A stretch of DNA of 63,933 bases, filler included, from Asterionella formosa (Eukaryota): NCBI GenBank assembly GCA_002256025.1. It is 3 parts of 3 records of this genome, joined end to end, with 100 filler letters (N's around TTAATTAATTAA, not from the genome) between each part and the next. Parts side by side here need not be neighbours in the genome. Positions count along the whole stretch, not along the records: positions 1 to 30,920 come from NKIB01000776.1; 2 more parts are not named here. One strand, written 5' to 3'. Numbering within the stretch: the stretch's first letter is position 1; every line of letters starts with the position of its first letter. The position numbers and the translations under genes were made by a program. Under the pieces are notes generated by a model. The model was given only the letters and a program-made list of their open reading frames with translations. It searched no databases and was not told the origin of the DNA. Below are positions 12,133 to 24,132 of this stretch, in pieces.

Positions 12133-14199
12133 ATGTTGCAAGGTATGAACCACAGCAATAACGACGACTGCTTGACCGATGGTGACTTAGCTGCGGAAGA
12201 AAGTCTTAACAAAGCACGAGCGGATGGGAATCCCTTGCCTCCTGTTAGCATTGGTTCAGAAGCAAACAATCGCAAAGATGCGATTAGTGCAACAACAATC
12301 CCTGGCAGCACTAGCTGGAAACCGACAAGACCAGGTGCCTACGGATGTACTCCAGGAAAAGATCATGAATCATTTCGAATCAAGGGGATTCTATCAGATC
12401 CAGCCGTCGCTGCCATGAAACTCAATACCGACAAGGACGAAGAAACGACTGCAGCTGTCCCCAAAGTAAATACGGACCTTCACCAACATCACTTGCTGTC
12501 GCCGTCATCACCAAATGTCCATGAGATGCACAAAATTTCAAGAGCCAGACGAGAAATGAAGAAGAATCAAGATCATGCTCCTAATAGTATCGATAGTATG
12601 CATCAACGTGCACGAGAACGACGTCTGGCTGGAAAGATTTCAGCATCTCCTGGGTCATCAAAAATCGATGAGCCTGACAACGAAATAATTCACAATAACG
12701 ATGATGATAGGAATCCATCAGAAGTTTTGAAAAGGATTGCTGATCCATTGGATGATGTTGATGAATCAAGTAGAAAGCTCATGACAAGTGGGACAATTGG
12801 AATGTCTATTTCAAATTTAGCAATCGCTGCCGAAGTCGTGGACGATGAACCTCCAATCGATTTCGAAACTCAAATTCAGGAAAGGATGGGGCAATATCGA
12901 GAAAAATTAATGAGAGACGCCGTCCAGGCAGATGCAGTCAAAGTCATTCCGGAGGATGATGATCGTGTCCTAGCACCTGCACCAACACTGCTACAATGTG
13001 GTTGGAAAATTATTGCCTCACTTGTTGTACTGATTACTATTGGAGTGACACTAGGTGTTGTTTTGCCAAGGTCGTTGCATAATGATTCTCAAGTTGGACC
13101 TGCAACTCAGGCTCCTTCACAACTCGAATGTACCCTATGTCCAAATGGAAGCATGGCAATCCAGTACCGCAATAGGCAAATCCCTCGTCAACCCAATGAA
13201 GGTTTTTCCAAAACTTGCGGCTCTCTTGCTTCAGATCCAATGTTTGTTGCAGCATTGCTTGAAGGAGGAAGTGGTGACTGTTACATGGATGTCCAGGTTT
13301 ATGCAAATTATTGTGGGTGCCCTTCTGCATCCACAGAAACCAGAAGTTCAGGATGCTCATTCTGTCCACTTGGATTGAACCCTCCCAATGCATTAAGAAC
13401 TACGCCTGTATATAACGACACTTGCAGTGATCTTTCCACATTCATTGCTTCTGTTTCTAGTTCTCAATGCGTTGACAGCACAAGTGTTCTCAACGTAAAG
13501 GCATCTGGAACATTTTGCCAATGCGCCAATGTTCGAGATATACCAAAGCAATACTGCCAATTGTGTCCCATAGTGGGTGATGAACCCCAGTTTGTCCAAA
13601 ATAATGCATCACGCTATAACATGAGTTGTGATGACCTCAACGGTTATGCTTCCTTGCTTACCGAAACCGAGTGTGGCATAAATCAGAATGATTTAGTTCC
13701 ATCTGCTGGTGTTTGTGGTTGCCCTCCACTCAATTGCTCCCTCTGTCCTTCTGCTTCAATTCTATATCCATCCATGGTCTCATTGTTCAGCAATTATTCA
13801 TGTGCTGAATTGGATGGATTTATTGGTTCGCTCACAAGTGATGATTGTCTTGCATATTCAACAATCATTGAAGAAAATAAAGGTCATTGTCAATGTTTTT
13901 ATCCCCCAGTATCAGCACCGGTAGCAGCAGAGCCAAACCCAGCATTTTCCCCATCAATCAGTCCATATCCATCTACAATTTGGGAAAGCACATTCAAGAC
14001 TCAAGAACCCAGTTCATTCCTTTGCTCGCTTTGTCCTGGAGGAGAGTCGCTGCCTGATCCAAATCAGCTGGTTCCATCAGGGGATGGCACATGTGGAGAG
14101 CTTTCCACTATTGTCAGTTCATTTACATCCCAAAGCTGCCAAGAACAGCAAGCCGCCTTAAGTGCTATTGCTATAGCTTGTGGTTGTCCAAATGCCTGA
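12133..14199 (+). CDS. Single-pass (type II) membrane protein with extracellular Cys-rich repeats
   Basis: Disordered N-terminus; hydrophobic segment IIASLVVLITIGVTLGVVLP; five repeats of C-x-[LF]-C-P...[TS]C-x-x-L...C...C-x-C. Start could be ATG 12133 or 12145. Confidence 0.8.
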   Translation: MLQGMNHSNNDDCLTDGDLAAEESLNKARADGNPLPPVSIGSEANNRKDAISATTIPGSTSWKPTRPGAYGCTPGKDHESFRIKGILSDPAVAAMKLNTDKDEETTAAVPKVNTDLHQHHLLSPSSPNVHEMHKISRARREMKKNQDHAPNSIDSMHQRARERRLAGKISASPGSSKIDEPDNEIIHNNDDDRNPSEVLKRIADPLDDVDESSRKLMTSGTIGMSISNLAIAAEVVDDEPPIDFETQIQERMGQYREKLMRDAVQADAVKVIPEDDDRVLAPAPTLLQCGWKIIASLVVLITIGVTLGVVLPRSLHNDSQVGPATQAPSQLECTLCPNGSMAIQYRNRQIPRQPNEGFSKTCGSLASDPMFVAALLEGGSGDCYMDVQVYANYCGCPSASTETRSSGCSFCPLGLNPPNALRTTPVYNDTCSDLSTFIASVSSSQCVDSTSVLNVKASGTFCQCANVRDIPKQYCQLCPIVGDEPQFVQNNASRYNMSCDDLNGYASLLTETECGINQNDLVPSAGVCGCPPLNCSLCPSASILYPSMVSLFSNYSCAELDGFIGSLTSDDCLAYSTIIEENKGHCQCFYPPVSAPVAAEPNPAFSPSISPYPSTIWESTFKTQEPSSFLCSLCPGGESLPDPNQLVPSGDGTCGELSTIVSSFTSQSCQEQQAALSAIAIACGCPNA

Positions 14200-14329
14200 C
14201 CAATAATGAAGTATAGTTTATGGTTGAGACCAAATAAGATGCATTATTAGATATTGTTATGAATCACTATTTTATGATGTGTCACTCTGTCTGTTTGTCT
14301 GACAGAACCTACCAACACTATTTATTTTT

Positions 14330-15750
14330 CTTCTTCATTAATTTACTCTAATCACTCTTTTGACAAACCCACCTCTCAAACTCCTATAGAGCTTGTTAGG
14401 TCAGTTATTAGACTCACTTTATCCTTTCTCTCCTCATTCATTGACATCATCAATCTCCAATCTCCCCTCTTTCATAGCAGGTAATGAGCCCACGTTGTTC
14501 TCGTGCTATTCATTTGAGATTCAACTTTTCAAATTTATCAACTTGTGTATTTTGTCTTCGATTGTTGTTTGCACTCCATTATATTGTGATAACTCCTTGA
14601 CATCGACCTCAGAGTCAGACGTCAGCAAGTTTGTCTGTTCTTGCTGTTGAGGCAAGATGTCCAGTCAAAGAGGAAACGGAACAATATTCAGCATTCTATC
14701 ACAATTTTTTGTTTTGCTCCATGGTACTTCTACTTCTCTACAAGTGCGTGGATACCAGTGATCCCACCTTGAATTCTGTGGACAAGGTTGCACTATAACT
14801 TATAGTGAGTCATTCTCCCTTCCTGTAATTTCACAAACAGCCTGTGTTTGCTCTGTGACATAGTACACTTGTCGATTGTCCTCTTATTTGTATTTCATTT
14901 CCTACAAGAACGTCATTAATCGTCCATCTGTTGTGGCGCTATCTCATATAGATATTTGTACAAGCTCTGGTGGCTTCTTGAAATTTTCAAGTACCTACCT
15001 CATATCATTAATATCCCAGCCAGTGCAGCACTATCCCGGTTCCGAAATAATCATCAGCCGTACACCTAAGTACAATGCGTGGTGTTTTTGTGTGAATTGT
15101 GCAGCCTCACCATACTTGGCTTGCGTCAGTCCTGCATCTGATTGTCAACGTCTGCTTTCTTCTCCTCTTGTGATGCGTGCGCACGTGGTTTGGTGGAACT
15201 CAAGTGTATACCACCTTTTACAGAAGGTGTACTGCACCAGACTAGCTTAGTGCAGTAAACTTTACCAATATATCACGTAATTGTTGTGGACCACATTAAT
15301 TAAACAATTACTCTACTCTACCAATCCACACATTTCATACATCAACACAGTCGCTTTCAACTTAAGTCCAGATGTATCACCAACCCTGACTACTTCGTCC
15401 AACAATTCAACACCATTCTTGCTTGTGCAGATTGCTGCAGATTCAACCCTCTTGTCTTCTATCAGAGTGCCTTCACCTGATCTCCGACTCAACTGGTTGA
15501 GAGAAATACGTCTTTTTATTCCTGGGATTCTTGATGTCACAGCAGACCACCTTTTCCCAACAGATGATACTCAATTCAACCTGTTTCTCGGTTATTTGCA
15601 CTAACTTCTCAAGGTGAACCTTCGTTAGCCTGATTTTGGTCAGCTTGATCCTACTACTCTTGCTCACCTGACTGACAAGGATATCGATCACCTCCTTGCA
15701 TTAGGGCCCAGCTATGCTCCTCCTACCTTCGATTTTCCACTAGCTCTTAC
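14330..15750 (-). mobile_element. Heavily decayed retroelement relic (probable non-LTR 3' region)
   Basis: Many stops and frameshifts. Residual GWD...RG and TFL[W]E-like motifs on the minus strand resemble the LINE C-terminus at 10560-11730. Boundaries approximate. Confidence 0.35.
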
Positions 15751-17280
15751 ACTACGCTCAAGGAAGGCTACCCACTTTGCGTTCCATTCATGGAACTATA
15801 TGTGAGGGATCGTGGTCTTTTCGCTCCACGCATGTCCAAAGCTCCAAGTACTATGGACGCTGGTCTTCACAAACTCCTCCACAACATCTGGTGACCGGAC
15901 AGTGTGGGCAACTTGTCTTAAATACTTCTATATTTTACAAGCGTTTAAGTTTTCTTTTCTACTCTTTTCTCCTTCCCAATTTCCTCCGGACAATCAACCT
16001 ACAAAGGGATATGAGCTACCGCAATCTGTCTGCCTGGCGGGCTCATTTGTTGATTACACTCCTGCTGGTTCTTGTCAGTAAATCACTGCATTGAAAATAT
16101 TTATCCTCAATTGAAGTCAATCAAAGAATGCAGGGAAAATTGCAACAATTACTCTGGGCTCAGTTGGTTGTTCCTGTTGCCTTTGATTTCAAGTTGTTTG
16201 GTTTGATTCTAGATTTTTTTTTGAGAAGCAATTGTTGGGTTTGACTCCCGCACTCCTCACCATCCTGTGCAGTCTTGCCTGGCATGTAAGGAACAATGGG
16301 CTGCCCCCCTACAAGCAGTGTGCTGCCTTCCTAGGGGTTGGAGTTTCCCTAGTAGTAACACTGGTGTGCATGGCTATGACCATCACCTTTCACAAAAGAT
16401 GGTTGGGGACTCACCTATGCTAACAAAACTAGAGAAGCACATCATGGACTTGTTGGCAGGCTGTGCAATTAAATTCCATGTGTAACTCTGTGGTCTTAGA
16501 AACTGCGTTATGAGTGGTGAGTTTCACTTTTTTTAAATACTGGTATACCTGCACTGTCGTACTACCTTATCATTTTTATTATGGAAGTATACTGGTGTGT
16601 AGCCAGTTTTATTGTCCATCGGCCTGTCAATTTGTGTATCATAAATAGTACCGGTATAATATCCTCATACTTTTTAGGAAAACAGTGAAAAAATATGTAC
16701 AAATAAAAAAGGCAACAAAGTATGACCATGTACCACCAGGGTAATCTGTACGTACAGTACATACCGGTATGCATTCGGAGCCACAATTTTCGACTTATTC
16801 GAGTAACAGGATTGGAGATTGTTCTTGATGCGAATCTTTTCAAAGTTGACACCTTTCTCAATCGCCGTTACCGTTGCCTACAATACATGTTGGCACCAGT
16901 AGTAAGTATTATTTCTACATACATATGAAATATGAACTGCAATGATAGTCGTACAAGGTACGATGAACGAACACATACGAAACGATACGATACGACGGGT
17001 ACTGGCACATTCGTGATCGACGTCTACATATGTACTGGCATGTAGCACGGTATGGCCGTAAATGACAAATCACATCACATCACTTTTACTGTTGTAAAAC
17101 AAAGGCTCCTGCCCGGAGTCGGCTACGCATATACCGGTACTGTACAGTAGTTGGCATACGGTAGTACTTGCAAGAATCGCTTTTTGAGGGTGAAGTTTCT
17201 TAGATTGAATTAACATCCTCGGCTTCTAAACTGTTTGCGGCCTATTCATCTGACTGCTGTACGATCTACTTCTTGCCATT

Positions 17281-18072
17281 ATGAAGTTCACTGCATTGGT
17301 CCTTTTGTTGGCAGTTGGCTCTGTGTCGGCCTTTACTAGTCCTTGTCCTGTCTCGCCTTCGGCAGCGTTCCGAACTTCATCAACGTCGCTCGAGGCCCAT
17401 GCTCACCAGAACAATGGTTTTGTCAAAGCCATGGCTGCTGGGTTTGCGGGGTTGACGCTGGCCTCTCAAATGGCATTCGGTGCACCAATGATCGACAATG
17501 GTAAGTCGGCAATGTAGGCATGACTTGACCTGTTCTGACTGTACTGTATTTGATTTTGATTTGCTTTTGGTATCGGTGGATTGACTAACCCTGACGTGTG
17601 GCCTCCCACGATCTGTTTGCACGGCTCAATCACTAGGAGGCACTCCACAACACACAGTCGTTATGAAGCAAGCCTCTCCAATTTCATCTTCAACGCTCTT
17701 CCTTGGCGCCTTTGGAGCTCCTTCTGGAGTTGGAGGATCGTCCTTTGAAACCATGGACTTTACCATGCCGTCCTACGGCGATGTCAATAAGAGCGACGGC
17801 CCAAAGAATGCGCCTCCAGCCTTTTCCAACCCATTTCCTGATCTAGCTTTGCCCAGGGCAGCAGAGGAAAGCAAGCCTTCCGCGGACGAGGCTAAGCAAT
17901 CTGCGGCTGACGCCAAGCAAGCGGCAGCAGATGCCAAACAGGCAGCCGCAGATGCAAAGGAAGCGGCAGCAGCCAAAAAAGCGGAAGAAAAAGCGGCTCG
18001 ACGTGCGGCAGAATTAGAAAAACAAAAACAAGCATCAGCAAGAAGTATGGCGGACACAAAGGTGCGTGTCAG

Positions 18073-18109
<37 letters not shown>

Positions 18110-18752
18110 ATTTATATCTATGACGAGAGCAAGTGCATCAGGGCGACTTTCTAACAGTCCCATCTGATCTTTATAGGTTGAAGCAGCTCCAGCCATTATT
18201 GTTCCGGAATTCAAGGCTCCAGAATTCAAAGCACCCGAATTCAAGGCTCCAGAATTCAAAGCACAAGAATTCAAGGCTCCAGAATTCAAAGCACAAGAAT
18301 TCAAGGCTCCAGAAATGCCGGAAATGCCAAAGTTTGATACCTCAGCGTTCAAGATACCGGAAATGCCCAAATTTGAAGCTCCAAAGTTTGATACATCCTC
18401 CTTCAAAGCACCCGATGTTGCAAAGTTTGATACTCCAGCAATGCCTAAACTCGATGTGCCAGAGTTCAAGGCGCCAGAATTCCAGTTACCTGCAATGCCC
18501 TTCTCGGGCGGTCCAGCCGCCCCTGAGGAACCTCTTGAATCTCAACAAGTCAGAGATGAACGAGCGCGTGAAGCACGAACTGTCTTTTTGAGTTTCGATG
18601 AAGATGCCAAGGAATTGGAAGCCAAGGCTCGCGAGCTTCGCAACTTGGCAAATGAAAAGAAACAGCTAGCCAACGAAGCCAAAGGTGAAGCTTGCAAGAC
18701 GCATTGGGGTGGCAAGCTCTTATGCTTGCGTCCATTGAACTCGGGCTATTAG
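17281..18752 (+). CDS. Plastid-targeted repeat protein (~406 aa); exons 17281-17500, 17637-18061, 18177-18752
   Basis: GT-AG introns with CTAAC branch sites keep the frame. Signal peptide ends VSA-F, followed by a transit peptide and a second hydrophobic segment. Contains ADAKQAA heptads and EFKAP pentapeptide repeats. Confidence 0.85.
18073..18110. repeat. (TA)n(TG)n microsatellite in intron 2
   Basis: TATATATATATATGTGTGTGTG... seen directly. Confidence 0.9.
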
Positions 18753-18934
18753 GATTTGTGCAGTAGAAAAGAAACTAAAAAAAATGTGAATGCGAAAGTG
18801 AGAAATAAAACACTAACAAGAAATAGGACGATGAACTCCAGTGCGCTGCTCCTATGAATACAATGGTACATGATGAGAAAAGTGACAAATAACTATGGTG
18901 AAAACGGCATTAGAATAGCCTAGCTATGATCACT

Positions 18935-19642
18935 CTAGAAAATAGATGTCTCGGCAAGGACTTGTCCGTTGTGGACGAATTCTGAGGCGAACATGCCCAA
19001 AATTCCCAACATGGCAAGACGTCCGTTCGAAATCTCAGCACTCAAAGCTCTAATTTGCTTGGCCGATTGGTCGTCCATCGCGAAGCCAAAGTATCCAGTT
19101 CCGAAATCTCCAGGTTTTCGGCCTTGGCGCTGTTTGACGAGCAATTCGTGTGCCCCAATCAACACAGCCATCTGGACCCATCCTGCCAAGGGAACAACGC
19201 TCAAGGCACCGAGGCCGTTGGGGACATCCGCGAACTGGAGGTTGGCGCTGGGAGAAAGGAATCCTTCGAAATGGTAGTTGGCCTGGGTAAGCATACCGAG
19301 TGTGGCAGCCATGGCGATGCGTCCGTGCTTGACCTCCACAGCGCGGTAGTGGAAGAAGTTTTGTTCAGGAGTTCCGTACGGGCCGTTCTTGATGAATCCC
19401 AAAGGGCTTTTGAGAGAGGAGGAGACAATGAGAGTTAGAACGCTGTGCCACGTCCGGATAGTAAATCATGACAACGGCAGTGGTGGATCAGCCACGTACT
19501 CAAAAAATCCAAGAGGCGCTTGGGCGCCAATTTCCTTTTCTGGGGCAACAGCACTGAGCGCCGATGACGATACTGTCTTGGCGGCAGGTGCGAAGGCAGA
19601 GGCCGAGGCGGCAAGAAGAGTAAGAACGGCTGCAGTCTTCAT
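18935..19642 (-). CDS. fcp: Fucoxanthin-chlorophyll a/c light-harvesting protein (204 aa); exons 19642-19500 and 19406-18935
   Basis: MKTAAVLTLLAASASAFAP (exact ASAFAP motif); GFFDPLG reconstituted across a 93-nt intron; EVKHGRIAM and EISNGRLAM chlorophyll-binding helices. Confidence 0.96.
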
Positions 19643-20100
19643 GGTGGCGGTTGAGTGCAGTGCTTCAAACTAATAGCTGTAGCGTCTTCAATTGCTTCCC
19701 CGTCGAACGCAAACGTCGAGATGTCTATCTACCGGTAATACTGGCTGGTAAACCAGGAGAAGATTCTACAGGGTGCCTATGTAGGAGATTACGTCTCCTA
19801 TGCATACGACACAATCATATGACCTCATAAAATATAAATACAAAAGGAAGATGGAAGATCGGGAACTACGCTGACGTACGTGTGATAGATACCATGCATG
19901 TTGACGTCACCGAGCAGACACTTGTACTTCAACCACACCCAAAGCATTTGACAAGCATCACAAGGACCGACGGTTAGGCAAAACAATGGCAATACTTTCA
20001 TATGCCAGTGGTACTGGTACATAAAATAAAGTGGTACATAAGGTATGTGTCATGCATGCTTTTCGCATCTATGAAAAGCGAACTGCCTCGCTCCACTATA

Positions 20101-22402
20101 CGGTATGGCTGGTTGCAACCTGAATATCAATATAGTAGGATACGTAGGCCTCAGTATAGATTTTCTTTTGCATTTGTAATTAAGAGTAAAAAAATTGTGA
20201 TGCATACAAAAATTGATGCAAATTCTTTGATATAAATATATTGCCCTCTGCTCATTTCCCCTCAAAAGGTATGTAACATCGACCTGTTGTTGTCCTTCAT
20301 GTTTGTTGATTTTGCTGCGTGCTTCTTGTTTGCTTCATTGCTCTGCTGTTTGCTATGTTAGATCGTTGACATAGGTTGCCTTGCAGAACGTTGTGTCGAA
20401 AATGAGAGCACAGCGGTGTGTTTTGAATTGTTTGACAAGCTTCTCAACACTGATGGGGTCTGCTTCATGTGTTGTTGTGTCAACTTTGGCGTCCATCCTG
20501 TCATGTTGTTGTTCTTCCAGATCTTTCCAAATCTTGAAGTATGCACATATATATTGTCTTGCTTGCCTCGAAAAACGTCTTATCCTTTTTGTTTTTAACA
20601 CTTGTTTGTCTTTTGACAGGCTCTCTCGCACCACAGACCTGAAGTCCTCTTTACCCTTTTTCCTTAAAAATTCTTGGTGCAACCCCAAGAATACTCGATT
20701 CCCTCTCCTGCAAGTTCACAGTGACATTTCGGCGTTCGGTCAACAAGTACTCCCATTTCCCTTCCCATTGACTGCAATAGTATCTCCTCTTCCTCGAAAT
20801 CAAGACAGTTTCCCTTCAGCGACTTCAAAGAAAAGTCTTTCGGCAAAAATCCAAATGCATCCTGCTTTCCATTCAACGTGTATGTCTCCAATCTCAATTC
20901 GTCAATAAATCTACGCTCCCAAAGTACCTGCAACAGACCCTTTGGTTTATTTTCCCATCCTTGGATAACTTTTGTTTTAGTCTGTTCAATTGGTAAGTTG
21001 TGTTCTTGCGCCTTAGGGAACTGTATTGCTTGCTTCTTACCCTTTGCTAACATTCCTCTTTGCCTTAGTTGTTTAAGGAGCTCATCCTTTGTGTATTGTC
21101 TTGTGATTGTTTGTCCTGCCAGTACCAAGTCATGGCGCTTTTGATCTCGTTCAACTTGAGTCATCCAGAATGGTCCAGTGTCATCTATTCTCAATAACAT
21201 TGATTGCATTGATTGCATTTGTCCTGGTTCCAGCTTAGGTAAGTGAGGTCCCTGGTAAGCATGTGTTTGCCATATTTCTCAACCGTTTTGGGCACCTCCA
21301 TAGGACTTTGTCATTCATTCCACATTTAAGCCATATTCTTTCTGACAGTTGTGCCTACAGGAGTGATCAAAAAGAAACAAGAAATCGAATTGAGGGTAGG
21401 GTACTTTGAGAACATCAACGCAATCTTCGAGCTGCAATACCATGTGCTGATAGGACCAGTAGCCTTCTGAGTTTGCCCCATATTCGAACTCTCTAACAAA
21501 TGATGTTCTGATGATTCCTCACTCCCCCCTAGCAAAAATAGTCTACTAGTTGCTTCTTTGCCTTCTTCTCCTTCTTGTTCTTGTTCACTTGTCCTTCTCC
21601 TTTTCCTTGAATATAATTCATCTCCTAGACCAGTCATAGTATTTTTACTATTTGAATCAAAGGCAGTATGTAGAGTCACTTCTTTCTCTACTAATGGTTG
21701 AGGTGAATTACTACTACAACTACTAGATGAATTTACGTGGTGACCATCACGAAAATTTTGACCATCATTACCCCAGCTTCCATTTCTTATTAGCCTCTTC
21801 AATGGAACACATTTGTCTTCCCATTCAGATGATTTATCATATTTAGGAAGCTTAGGAACCGCTGATACTGTCTTTCCTGTAATGTAAATAAATCTTTGCC
21901 TTCTTTTGACTTTCGTTTGATACTCATGTCGAAATACCATCACCTTCTTGCATTTGGAAATTGTGACCTCGTTTGACTCCAAAGATTGATTTGGAAAAAC
22001 CTTATTGAGATACCTTATCAATCTATTAGTATTAAATTGTATGTTATCGCCAAAAGAGTACTTTTCGTGAAGATATTCCCTGAATTGATTGACCGGCAAC
22101 CAAACATCATGAATGGCAGGGTCACTGATGGCGGCCATAACAGATATTGCTATAACTTTTTAAATATCATGTGAAAAGTGATTCCCCAAAAGCATTTCAC
22201 TCATGACTATACAAACGAATATAAAAGCCTTCGGGGAATCACTTTTGCACAGGAAACGGCGGCGATATTGAGCAACATGGTGAGCCGATCGAAGCAAACA
22301 AATCGGCGCGATATTCCTTCCTGCGGTAGGGATAAGGATAATAGTTTGTACCAGCGCTACGTGGGCTACTATAATTATTTTTTTGATGCAACCAGCCTTA
22401 CA
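20101..22402 (-). mobile_element. Defective IS630/Tc1/mariner-type DNA transposon with TIRs and TA target duplication
   Basis: Left end TA|CGGTATGGCTGGTTGCA, right end TGCAACCAGCCTTACA|TA. Broken ORFs at 22138-21326, 21218-20664 and 20688-20353 include TPKCHCELAGEGIEYSWG (PKxHCEL...IE..WG DDE C-terminal motif). Confidence 0.8.
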
Positions 22403-22766
22403 TAGCCATCATCAAGACCAGACGAGGCACCACCAGCAAGCAGTCAAGCAAAATTCAAGAGAGTTGACATCATATGTACGGGATACGATGATGCATCTAG
22501 ACAAACTCAAAACTCTGTGATGATTGTTCTTACTGCCTACCAGTAATACAGAGGAGCCAGAGAAATTTGTTCTTTGCTGTCATGCTCGACTGCAAAATCG
22601 ATCGGTTGGGTGGGATTACTGCTCATACATATATGAAATGTCATAGTTTATTAAAATTAAAATTATTGGAATATTATATAACATGTGACGACTGAGATCA
22701 ATACACTATCCGGTACCTAAATCAAGAACCTTTCATGAATTTAACAACAAAAGCTGCCCATTGCTC

Positions 22767-23823
22767 CTATCCTCGCAGGCCTGCAGGGCAAGCTGTACCA
22801 GTAGTGATTTTGACGACAGAGTTGGGAGATAGTAATTTATGAGCACAAATCAACTTTCCAGCATTGATGGCAGTATTGACAAGCTGAAGGGCCTGGCCAC
22901 TGACCCCACTGGTAGGAATGTTCTCGGAGTAGTACTTGAATTGATAGAAGCCTGTCACAGAGTAACAAATTCTTCCCGATGAACAGCTGGAACGACGAGA
23001 AATCGAATCAATAGTTGCATTTATCTGTGTTTTGGCTCCCTTGGTGAAGAAAGGAGCAGTCAATGCATTTTTGATCAAGGTACCATATGCGTTTGCTAGT
23101 TCCGTTTTCTGCACTGTTCCAATGGTAGCAACACTGGTGCTGGTGGACACGGAAAAGGTATTTGTAATCCAAGCCCATGAATCATAATAACCAGCTTTGT
23201 ATGCTCCTGGACAGCTTCCACCAGTAGTGACTGTTAAAACCGTAGCCGGATATAGACTTCTTAACTTGCAGTCAAGTGCATTGGCATTAATAGCATCTTG
23301 AATAGCAGTCACAGCAGCTGGATATGGTTTGGTGGAGAAATCTGCCGTTGTGTAGTTGAGTTGAATGGTAGCAGCCACAGCGTGACAGACAGAGCCAGCA
23401 TCAGACAACGAAGGGCAAGTAGTGACAGAAATAGTTCTCAACTTGGCGTTTCCATACTTGACGGGTTTACCATTAAAGTTGAAGGCCGCCAGGCGTTCCT
23501 TAGCCAAGGCATTGTAGGCACTCAGCAATTGAATGGCCGGAGTACTTGAATGATTCCTCAAGATGGAAACTGAGACGGAACCAGCATTCAAAATTTCGAA
23601 GTTGTTGGTAAGTGTCGAGTAGGTCATCTGGAAAGTGAGATGAGAAATCGAATCAGAAAAAGGTGGGATTGGTGAATTCAATGGCGGAGGTGTGACAACC
23701 TGTGAGCACACCCTTTGTCCTTCCGCGCTCATGGAAACCCAAACGCACCTGTGCAGCAAACAACGAAGGCACCGACGATACTGCAAGCAACCAGAACACT
23801 GTCAAATAGGAGAGTCTGTTCAT
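22767..23823 (-). CDS. Secreted protein with two tandem ~140-aa Cys-containing domains (311 aa); exons 23823-23749 and 23627-22767
   Basis: Signal peptide MNRLSYLTVFWLLAVSSVPSLFAAQ; phase-0 intron GTGCGT...TTCCAG; both halves end AINA..L.C...L.P..V...TTG..CP. Confidence 0.75.
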
Positions 23824-24043
23824 GATAATTCAATCTTTCTCTTGGAACTGAAAATGGGATCGCTCGTTCACTTTTTCGATCTTGTGTTTTACTTCGTGTA
23901 GAGTTACCGGTAGTTATGATTATTGTTATTATCGACAAGACCACCGGTACCGGGATCATACTTACTATCAGGAAAAGAAGACAAAAATATTTGCATGTAA
24001 ACAAACTACCGGTACTCCGCGACATGATGTCACATGGGACCAG

Positions 24044-24132
24044 GCAAGTTGCGGTAATTTTCCTGAACTAAAGATTTAGCTATTTTTATCCTAGATTAAA
24101 TTGTTGATTTAAGCGAAATGACCGGTACTTGC
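24044..24132. mobile_element. Second copy of the ~90-bp GCAAGTTGCGGT MITE
   Basis: Co-linear similarity with 11911-12000, including the internal TTTAGCTAT...ATTAAATTGTT..TTTAAGC. Confidence 0.75.

Noticed and set aside
15777..16485. Cluster of short ORFs
   Set aside because: Fragmentary, with no family recognised.
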